Shown here piece by piece: positions 21,261 through 29,218 of a stretch of 42,531 nucleotides of DNA. The DNA is from Salisapilia sapeloensis CBS 127946. Taxonomy: Eukaryota > Protista > Oomycota. Under the pieces are notes generated by a model. That model worked only from the letters and a program-made list of their open reading frames with translations, was not told where the DNA came from and searched no databases. Positions within the stretch are counted from its first letter, which is position 1. Each line of letters begins with the position of its first letter. The translations under genes and the position numbers were made by a program. The stretch is taken from assembly GCA_023334545.1 (NCBI GenBank), contig JAADVB010000167.1, positions 1-42,531 of the forward strand, in the 5' to 3' direction.

Positions 21261-22367
21261 ATGACCACTGCAACAGACACATCGATGGAGAGCGTCAGTC
21301 TCGATGACGCTCCTTCCTTTTTAGAAAATGGAGGTGCTTTCGACACGCCCACGTCCTCCGACCATCCGGATAAACTCGAGACTGAGCTCTCATCGAGTGA
21401 AACAGTCGAAAGCGATGATAACGACGATTTCGTTGTGACCGTGGAAGATGAGAGTGAACCTTTAAAGACGCTACCACGTCTCCAAGTTCCTGACGAGGAC
21501 GAGATGCATTGGCAAGATGAAACGGATGCAGAGGTTGGTGGTGAAAAGGACTATGTCGACACGAGGCTCTTCAGTCCCGAAATGTCACGACATAGCTTAG
21601 AAGTAGCTCATCGTCGAGCAAAAGCCCTGGCGGTGGAAATTAAGGAAGAGCAGTACGATGAAGAGGAAAACGGATCTAACACGAACGTCTTGCAAAAGCT
21701 CCTCCCCTCTACGCAAGTGAAATCGAGCTTGAGCTCGTCCGTCTCGAAATTAAAGCATATTGTCGCGAAGGGCGAGCGGGAGTACGACCTCGTTGCCGGG
21801 ACGTCTCCTGGTGCTCGTGTGGAAGACATCGATGGCGACGGTCTTCAACTATCCCCAGAAGAAGGCTCTTCCTTCGTTTCGACCCCAAAGATCCGTCCAG
21901 CGTTGAAACGTATCTCCAAGTACTCGCATTTGGATTCGGAGTCGGAAAAAGAAAAGAAAGGAAAGAGTTTAAAATGGGAAGAAGACGAGATCGAAGTGAG
22001 TGAAAGTGATGCTTTTCTCGATGATCCGAGTGACGAATCGTCTGAGTCGAGTGTCTTGAATTATCGCAATGGCAGTCCAACGTCGACGTCTCAAGTTCCT
22101 CGACGGAAAAGTATGAAAAATAAGAAGAAAGGGATTCGACGCCTAAGTCCCAAGGAAAAGGAAGAGCTGTATAAACTCCGTCCGGATCTACAGATTACAC
22201 CGAATTGGGCACAAAAGTATCGAGAAGAGATGGGTGATATGGTGCGACCGACGCGTTGGAGTCTCTGGTTGCTCTTGCTCATTGCAGTCCTCACGGCGTT
22301 ACTCGTAACGCTCATCGTTCTCATCGCACGAGCGCATGCCGTAGCGGAAGTACACCCGGCGATTTAA
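21261..22367 (+). CDS. Acidic, disordered hypothetical protein with a single C-terminal TM helix (tail-anchored candidate)
   Basis: 368-aa single ORF, D/E/S-rich, with a basic cluster RRKSMKNKKK and hydrophobic LWLLLLIAVLTALLVTLIVLIA ending about 12 aa from the C-terminus. Confidence 0.75.
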   Translation: MTTATDTSMESVSLDDAPSFLENGGAFDTPTSSDHPDKLETELSSSETVESDDNDDFVVTVEDESEPLKTLPRLQVPDEDEMHWQDETDAEVGGEKDYVDTRLFSPEMSRHSLEVAHRRAKALAVEIKEEQYDEEENGSNTNVLQKLLPSTQVKSSLSSSVSKLKHIVAKGEREYDLVAGTSPGARVEDIDGDGLQLSPEEGSSFVSTPKIRPALKRISKYSHLDSESEKEKKGKSLKWEEDEIEVSESDAFLDDPSDESSESSVLNYRNGSPTSTSQVPRRKSMKNKKKGIRRLSPKEKEELYKLRPDLQITPNWAQKYREEMGDMVRPTRWSLWLLLLIAVLTALLVTLIVLIARAHAVAEVHPAI

Positions 22368-22507
22368 CTCGAAATGTAGGCAATTTTTCTCATTTTATGT
22401 CTTTGGAGAGCCTCGATCGAATGGAAAGAGGTGGGTAGGATCGAAACTGATGGCAGTAGCATTTGTATTCTCGACCGATTAGATGTCAATGGACCACCGA
22501 AAGGCAT

Positions 22508-22822
22508 TTAGTGGTACGGGTCGACGTCACCGTACGTTTCAATGACGATCGGGGCTTCTTCAAACTGGTGCATCGGAGGAGGCGACGGCAAGCAGAACTC
22601 CAACGACAGTTCAATGCGCGGGATGACCAGCTCCGAGTCTTCCGGCTGCTCATAGTCCGGTCCCATGTTCAGCGCGAACGAACGGGATTGACCAGCGGCA
22701 CGGGCGACAGGAACGTTCGGGACTGCACATGCAGCGTTAGATGAGGTAGGAGAGAAGGTTGTGACTGTAATAGTTGACGTACCGGCCTTGAGGGCGCGGA
22801 GAGATTGACGTAGCAGGCTCAT
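22508..22822 (-). CDS. Nucleus-encoded C-terminal fragment of cytochrome c oxidase subunit 1 (Cox1-c) with mitochondrial presequence
   Basis: The presequence MSLLRQSLRALKA... leads to SLEFCLPSPPPMHQFEEAP (22606-22550), which matches the Cox1 C-terminal motif LEW..xPPPxHxFEE. A probable 60-nt in-frame intron 22723-22782 (GTACGT, CTAAC, CAG) gives 84 aa. Confidence 0.75.
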   Translation of the reverse strand: MSLLRQSLRALKAGTSTITVTTFSPTSSNAACAVPNVPVARAAGQSRSFALNMGPDYEQPEDSELVIPRIELSLEFCLPSPPPMHQFEEAPIVIETYGDVDPYH

Positions 22823-23087
22823 CTTCTAGCGACGATAAAAGGCGAATTGTGACCACAGACAGGTATTACAAAGTCACATAGAAATGTAAATATAACTTAT
22901 AAATCGGAACAGCCGTGTATTAATTAGCTCTTTCCAGGACATTCCACCTCTGTTCATGCAACTTTGTGGATCAAACTATGAGACGAGTATCAACAGGTCC
23001 AGTAAAAATACTGTAAAGAGGGTTGTTAAATTGCAACTGCTTTGTGGCGCTGAGAAAGCTTGCATTAAAGACAAAAGCACGAGCAAA

Positions 23088-23417
23088 ATGGCGGAAGGAA
23101 AACCAGTGAAGTGGCACCGTATGGGCTTCAGCAACTTTGTCAAGCACGAGGCGAACCGCCCGATGTTCCGCCCCTTCCTCATTGGCGCCGCGTACGTTTC
23201 AATGGCTTTCATACGCCTTGTATCGAGTACTTACTTTAGTGATTATGCAGCGCCACTTGGTTCATCTGTGGTGTCCTCCCGACGATGGGCGCTGACGGTA
23301 TGAATTTGCAACTAGTATATACGTGCATTCGATATTCATCGTATTATAGACGAATCCAAGGAACAGAGCAACTTCTGGAAGCGTACGCACGGCAAGTTCG
23401 ACTACCTGCACCATTAG
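23088..23417 (+). CDS. Small single-TM mitochondrial protein, probably ATP synthase subunit i/j (Atp18 / plant 6-kDa subunit-like), 72 aa
   Basis: Introns 23192-23250 and 23298-23349 give MAEGKPVKWHRMGFSNFVKHEANRPMFRPFLIGAAATWFICGVLPTMGADDESKEQSNFWKRTHGKFDYLHH. The F..E..R..PFL.G.A.T...S.F..H pattern recalls the plant 6-kDa and yeast Atp18 subunits. Confidence 0.55.
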
Positions 23418-23481
23418 GTTGTCCACTAGGTCGACTCAGAATCAGAACGGAAAGAAAAGAATTCGACCATCAATTACGTTC

Positions 23482-24851
23482 TTATCTTTTCAACGATTCT
23501 TTCATGAGCTTGATGTCCGCCAAGTCATCGTTCAGCACCGTCGTCAGAGCTTCCAGTCCCTGTCGTTGCTTCTCCAAAAACTATATATCATTTAGTATGC
23601 TATCGTGATACAACTGCAGTCGATAGAGCATACTTCGTAAATGCGTTGCTGCTGGTCCGAATTGAGTGCCGGTGGCTCCGAGGAAGGCGCTTCTTCCTCG
23701 GACTGTTGCTTTGCCACGGCTTGGTTCAATCGAGCCTTGTATTGATCTGGCGCATCCAAGAGCGTCTGCAATTTCTTTAGCGCGGATCTATTTTCTTTCT
23801 TAGTAGTGGTACAGTAGTGGTATAGTGTACCCATCATACGCTAGGTTGACTTCATCCTGTTGTAGAGGTTTGCCGAGATGCTGTAGAAACTCGATATCCT
23901 TCATAATCTAATACAATACATAAGTTGACATCCAATACAAAAATGATATGAACGTACCTTGATAAGGTGATGAACGAGTTGTGTGTGCTCATGTCGACAC
24001 CGTTCGAGCTTCTCGTCACTAGCTCGGCTCTTTTTATCCATCTCGGCCAACTGCTCTTTCAAGTCATTCGTGAATTTGTCGTACTGACCAGCAAATTCCT
24101 GCTGCTTTCCAACTCGTTTCAGCAGTTGCTCTAGACCGACCACTGGCGTCGGTGCAAACGTGTTCGGATCGGGGTTATCCACTTCTGCTTGATCCCACTG
24201 GACTTCACTTATATGCGCTGGCCGGGTGTATAAATGCCTTTGAGATGGCTCGACTGGATTGTACAGGAGGAACTTAAATCGAGACTGAGTAGGGTCCTGA
24301 TACGCAAATTTAATCGCGTTCAATTGAGAGATCGACGCATCTGCGTTCGGGACGACAGGCGTTGGACCTTGAGGTGCAGCGTTTGCATTTTGTGGGTTCT
24401 GTCCAAAAGTATTCGTCGGTGTGGTGCCGAAACCGCCAAAGCCAGAGTTCGTATTCGCCTGCTGGTTGGTTGCTCCAAAGGATGAGCCTTGGTTACCGAA
24501 GCCAAAGCCACCAGTGGATGATGCTTGGGTATTAAAACCACCAGACGAAGGCGTCTGGGTGTTAAAACCAAAGCCACCAGTGGTACTCGTCGCTGGTTTT
24601 GCCCCACCAAAGCTAAAACCACCACTAGACGCTGGCGCTGTAGACGTGCTAGAGTTGAAGGAAAAGCCTGTGTTGGTGTTTGATGTCGCTGTGTTGCCAC
24701 CGAAAGAGAAATTGGAAGTAGTGGTGGACGCCGCTGGTTGGCTCGTAGCTCCAAAGCTAAAGCCTGTCGATTGTGTTGCTGGCTGGGAAGTGGCACCAAA
24801 GGAGAATCCTCCAGTCTGCGGCTGTTGCTGTTGCTGTGGAGCGCCAAACAT
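23482..24851 (-). CDS. NUP54: FG-repeat nucleoporin Nup54
   Basis: N-terminal GFSFG/GGFGF repeats, RFKFLLYN, WDQAEVDNPDP and PTPVVGLEQLLKR. Three introns extend the coiled-coil C-terminus (LDAPDQYKARLN; FLEKQRQGLEALTTVLNDDLADI) to TAA at 23482. Confidence 0.9.
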
Positions 24852-25050
24852 GACTCTAGATGCAGGTAAAGGAGGAGTTAATAGAGGTCGAGATCGAGTC
24901 GTTTGGTCGATTTGTTTTGCTTTACGTTGTTTATCAGAAGTTGTGGACGTAGTACAGTATTTTGTTAGGGAATATGGACGAATAGATCAGGTAAATTGGA
25001 CATTTGCAATACTTTTTTGTATTTAGGGCATTAGCATTTAGTGGACGAGT

Positions 25051-26095
25051 ATGAAGTTCCGGCCGTGTATTGATATCCATGCTGGGGAGGTGAAGCAAAT
25101 CGTCGGATCAACGTTGACGGACGATCAAACGCAGGCGCCAGTGACCAACTTTGTGGCCAAGCAGAGTGCAGCGGAATTTGCAGCTCGCTATAAGGCGGAT
25201 CAGCTGACCGGCGGTCATGTCATTATGCTTGGTGCATCGGACGAGAATACCAAGGCAGCGATATCTGCGTTGCAAGCCTATCCAGATGGATTGCAAGTGG
25301 GAGGTATGTTTCTTCTTGATTTGGATCGATGTAAAAAGCTCATGTGGATGGCAGGTGGGATCAATGCTGATAATTGCAAGATGTTCATTGAGCACGGCGC
25401 GAGTCATGTCATTGTGACGTCGTACGTGTTCCGGGATGGAGAGATCGATTGGGAACGGTTGGAGAAACTGAGGGACCTTGTTGGCAAAGACCATCTTGTA
25501 TGTTGTTAATGATAAAAGCAGTTGAAACTTTATTCATCCAGAGGTAGGTGCTTGACCTGAGCTGTCGGAAGAAAGCAGAGGATGGAAAATTTTACGTCAT
25601 GACGGATCGATGGCAAAAGTTTACATCCACTGCTATTGGGTACTTGTACTGCTTTGAAGTACAGAGTATGCGTATTAATCGATGTGATAATAGTGGCGAG
25701 TTGTTCCAGCAATTGGCTGCCTATTGTGACGAGTTTCTTGTTCATGCAGTCGATGTGGAAGGCAAAAGGAGTGGCATCCAGGTACGACGTCAAATCCAAA
25801 AGGGAAGAGGATGTATCTTTATTTTTGTATAAATGTAGAAAGAGCTGGTGGAACTCTTGGCTGGATGGAGTCCTATTCCTGTCACTTATGCAGGTGGTGC
25901 GAGTGGGTTGGACGACCTCGACTACGTGGATCGCATTGGACATGGCAAAGTACGTGTTATAAATATAAACCCGATGATGCTATATTAATGCCATGGTACA
26001 AGGTGGATCTTTCGATCGGAAGTGCTTTGGACATTTTCGGTGGTGACATTCAATACGACGATGTGGTTGCTTGGCACCGAGCGCGAAATGCTTAA
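25051..26095 (+). CDS. HIS6: ProFAR isomerase, eukaryotic His6 type (histidine biosynthesis)
   Basis: [55 protein letters not shown] and [13 protein letters not shown]; five introns. Confidence 0.95.
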
Positions 26096-26213
26096 AGCGA
26101 GTAGAAATATACCTTTGGTGGTTTCAGAGCTATTCGGACAACTTTGTGTTTGAAATATATATATAGTGTCCATGAATGGATCGAGGTGCAGCATTAAACA
26201 CTTGGAAGGTGAG

Positions 26214-27111
26214 ATGGAGAATCTATTGGAGCAATTACAGCAAGAGAAGAGGGAATTGATCGCGTCTGTGACTTCCAATGGATCCAACGTGAATATCGAG
26301 GATGTGCTAAAGCTAAAGAAGGCAATGGAGGAACTGGAGCTTGCTGCAGCAAGTGCGAAAATCGATACAAACGCAGCTCAAACGGCAGATCGGGTCACGA
26401 CGATCGAGTTTTACTGTCAATACCTTGTTGTTGTCATGCTGTGTGGCAATTTGTACGTCTATTGCTATTTTATGTTATAAAATAAGACTTACAGGGTTGA
26501 ATAGGAACGATGCTCGGTTCCTATGGAAGCGTCTTCCAGCCGAGTTTAAGACGAATGAAGAGCTGTCGAATGTGTGGGGTATCGGCAAAGCACTTTGGCA
26601 ACGGTAATTTCTAGTACAATTAAGATCCGGATCTGTACTCAAGTTTTAATCCTAGGAATTACGCGGATGCATACGATTGCATGAACCAGCACTTTTCGGA
26701 TACCGTTCAACCGCTTATCCATCTCCTCCATCGTACTTCTTTCGTATGATTGCAAATTGGCACATGCTAATGTGTATGTTTTAGAATCTACACGAGACTC
26801 CATTGCGACGTTATTATCCAACAGCTACTCTAGCATCCCACTTCCTGATGCCAAACACGCACTGGGGTTTACCCAAGACCAAGACCTCGTGACTTGTCCG
26901 TTCACTATCCGAGTTTACTTACCAGCTAGCTAACTGTTATATTTCGTTAGACTGCAAATCGACTCTCCAGTGGCGCGTTGCAGATAACATGGTGTACCCC
27001 ATCGCAATATCTTCGACATCCACCACTCGACCCGTCGATCTGCGTCAACTCGAGAACATGGCAGCGGCGGTGCTGCAACTTGAACAACAGACCGTACTAC
27101 AACTTAACTGA
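26214..27111 (+). CDS. COPS8: COP9 signalosome subunit 8
   Basis: Four introns join LNDARFLWKRLP, VWGIGKALWQRNY, TRDSIATLLSNSYSSI and QLENMAAAVLQLE. The start is uncertain (26214 or 26172). Confidence 0.88.
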
Positions 27112-27227
27112 AATGACAGCTGTTGTCCCGATCTTGTTGTTAAACTTTTCGTTTGCGCGATCACCATGATCCAACAGTTTTCACATTTCAAGTTTCGACA
27201 CGAGTACGACTACTTTCTCGATACAAG

Positions 27228-29090
27228 ATGGGTGATTATGGACAATACGTGGTGCCAACGGCCGAGGAGATGATCAACTTTAAGGTCGGCCAGCCGGCGC
27301 CTTCGATGCTGCCACTCGACCGGATTCGTGAGGCTGCGAGTCAAAAGTTCGGAGAGGAGGATCCGATGTTCCTCCAATACGGACACTTGTACGGCTACCC
27401 TAAGTTCCGTCAAGCACTGTCCGAGTTCCTTTCGAAGGGATACAATGCACCCGTGGACCCGGAGCGTTTGCTCGTGACGAACGGCGTCACGGGCGGCCTG
27501 GCGTTGATTGCGTCATTATTCCTCCAAGCCGGCGACTTGGTCTTCATGGAGGAACCGTCTTACTTTTTGGCTAAGAGTATCATGAAGGACTTTAACGTGA
27601 ACGTCCGTCAGATTCCGATGGAAAAGGATGGTCTGAATGTCGATGAGCTCGAACGTGTCTTGGAACGAGGTGTTCGACCGAAAGCTTTGTACACGATCCC
27701 GACGTGTCATAACCCGACTGGACGTACCATGTCGGTGGAAAAGCGTAAGCGATTGGTGGATCTGAGTGTCAAGTACAACTTCTTCATCCTCGCGGACGAA
27801 GTCTACCAGTTGCTGTCCTTCCCACATGTGAACCCGCCACCGCCGATGTTTACGTTCGATGAGCACGGGACGGTGCTGGCTCTCGGATCCTTCTCCAAGA
27901 TCCTTGCGCCGGCTCTCCGACTCGGATGGATCCAAGCATCTCCGGCCTGGCTGAGCAAGATCACTGGGTGCGGTCAGCTCGACAGCAGTGGTGGCATCAA
28001 CCCTGTTGTCCAAGGCATTGCTCACACAGCCATCACGTCCGGCCATCAGCAGGAGCACTTGGACTGGACGCGTGACACGCTCTGGTCTCGTGCGAATACG
28101 TTGATGACGGAACTAAAGAAACACTTGCCGGAGAATGCAACGTTCGAGTTGCCCGATGGAGGTTACTTTATTCTCGTCAAGATGCCAGAGGGTACGAACG
28201 CAGGTGACTTGCTCCCGATTGCCCAAAAGCACAAGGTCATGTTCCTCCCTGGCTCCTCTTTCTCGGAAAGTATGAAAAACTACGTCCGTCTGTCCTTCTC
28301 GTGGTATGACGCCGATGACATGGCTTTGGGTGCACGTCGTCTAGCTGACGCCATCAAGGAGTATCTAGCGAACTTTGAAGGGTCATCTGCCAAGACGCAA
28401 GCAACGTCTGGTTCGGACATCAAGGTCGCAGTGCATGGCGCCAACGGTCGTCTTGGACAGCTCATCACGAGTCAGATTGAGCAGCAAGACGGATACTCGT
28501 TCGCTGGTGCGATCGACCTTCGTAAGGACGAGAAACCATCCTTGGATAATGTGGACGTTGTCGTGGACGTAACATTGCCGCAAGGAACACAGGCGCTCGT
28601 GACGCACTTGATGACGCAATCTAACAAGCCGGCACTCGTGGTGGGTACCACGGGCGACCTGCCGATGGACCTCCTTGCCGAGTACGGTAAGCAGGCATCT
28701 GTGTGCCTCAAGTCGAACTTCTCGGTGGGTGTCCCCCTCGTCTCGGAGTTGGCACGCAAGGCTGCGTTGGCACTGCCCCAGGAAGGCTGGAATGTCGAAT
28801 TGAGCGAAACGCACCACACGGCCAAGAAGGATGCACCGAGTGGTACGGCCAAGACACTGGCAAAGAGTGTGGAAGGCACAGGTGCAGCGTGTTTGACGGA
28901 GGAAGGTAAGGTGCCGACCCATTCGCTGCGTCTAGGAGACGAAATTGGACAGCACACGCTCTACTTCGCCGGACCCGGTGAACGCATTGAGATCACGCAC
29001 CAGGCGACTCGTCGTGAAGTCTTTGCGATCGGTGCACTCCGTGCTGCTTCCTCAGCCGTGAGCCTCCCTGCTGGTATCCATCAGGACTAG
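27228..29090 (+). CDS. dapB: Fusion protein: class I/II PLP aminotransferase (N-terminal) + 4-hydroxy-tetrahydrodipicolinate reductase DapB (C-terminal, from ~28419)
   Basis: Aminotransferase motifs YTIPTCHNPTG, ILADEVY and GSFSKILAPALRLGW (PLP Lys codon 27897-27899). DapB motifs GANGRLG, VVGTTG, SNFSVGV, ETHHTAKKDAPSGTA and GERIEITHQA. One intron-free reading frame of 620 aa. Confidence 0.95.
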   Translation: MGDYGQYVVPTAEEMINFKVGQPAPSMLPLDRIREAASQKFGEEDPMFLQYGHLYGYPKFRQALSEFLSKGYNAPVDPERLLVTNGVTGGLALIASLFLQAGDLVFMEEPSYFLAKSIMKDFNVNVRQIPMEKDGLNVDELERVLERGVRPKALYTIPTCHNPTGRTMSVEKRKRLVDLSVKYNFFILADEVYQLLSFPHVNPPPPMFTFDEHGTVLALGSFSKILAPALRLGWIQASPAWLSKITGCGQLDSSGGINPVVQGIAHTAITSGHQQEHLDWTRDTLWSRANTLMTELKKHLPENATFELPDGGYFILVKMPEGTNAGDLLPIAQKHKVMFLPGSSFSESMKNYVRLSFSWYDADDMALGARRLADAIKEYLANFEGSSAKTQATSGSDIKVAVHGANGRLGQLITSQIEQQDGYSFAGAIDLRKDEKPSLDNVDVVVDVTLPQGTQALVTHLMTQSNKPALVVGTTGDLPMDLLAEYGKQASVCLKSNFSVGVPLVSELARKAALALPQEGWNVELSETHHTAKKDAPSGTAKTLAKSVEGTGAACLTEEGKVPTHSLRLGDEIGQHTLYFAGPGERIEITHQATRREVFAIGALRAASSAVSLPAGIHQD

Positions 29091-29218
29091 AGTGTCTCTA
29101 TCGATGGATGAAATATACTGCTTTGCTTTTTACTAGATGTGCTTTCGACTCTTCCACAGTAGATAATCAAGTAGACACTGGGTCAAGTACGTGTATTCAA
29201 CTACTTCTAAAAGGTGAT

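Noticed and set aside
24421-25026. 201-aa plus-strand PKP-repeat ORF
   Set aside because: Antisense reading of the Nup54 FG repeats (GFG gives PKP).
27516-28957. Several 160-180-aa minus-strand ORFs inside the aminotransferase-DapB gene
   Set aside because: Antisense to a clearly conserved enzyme, with no recognisable motifs.
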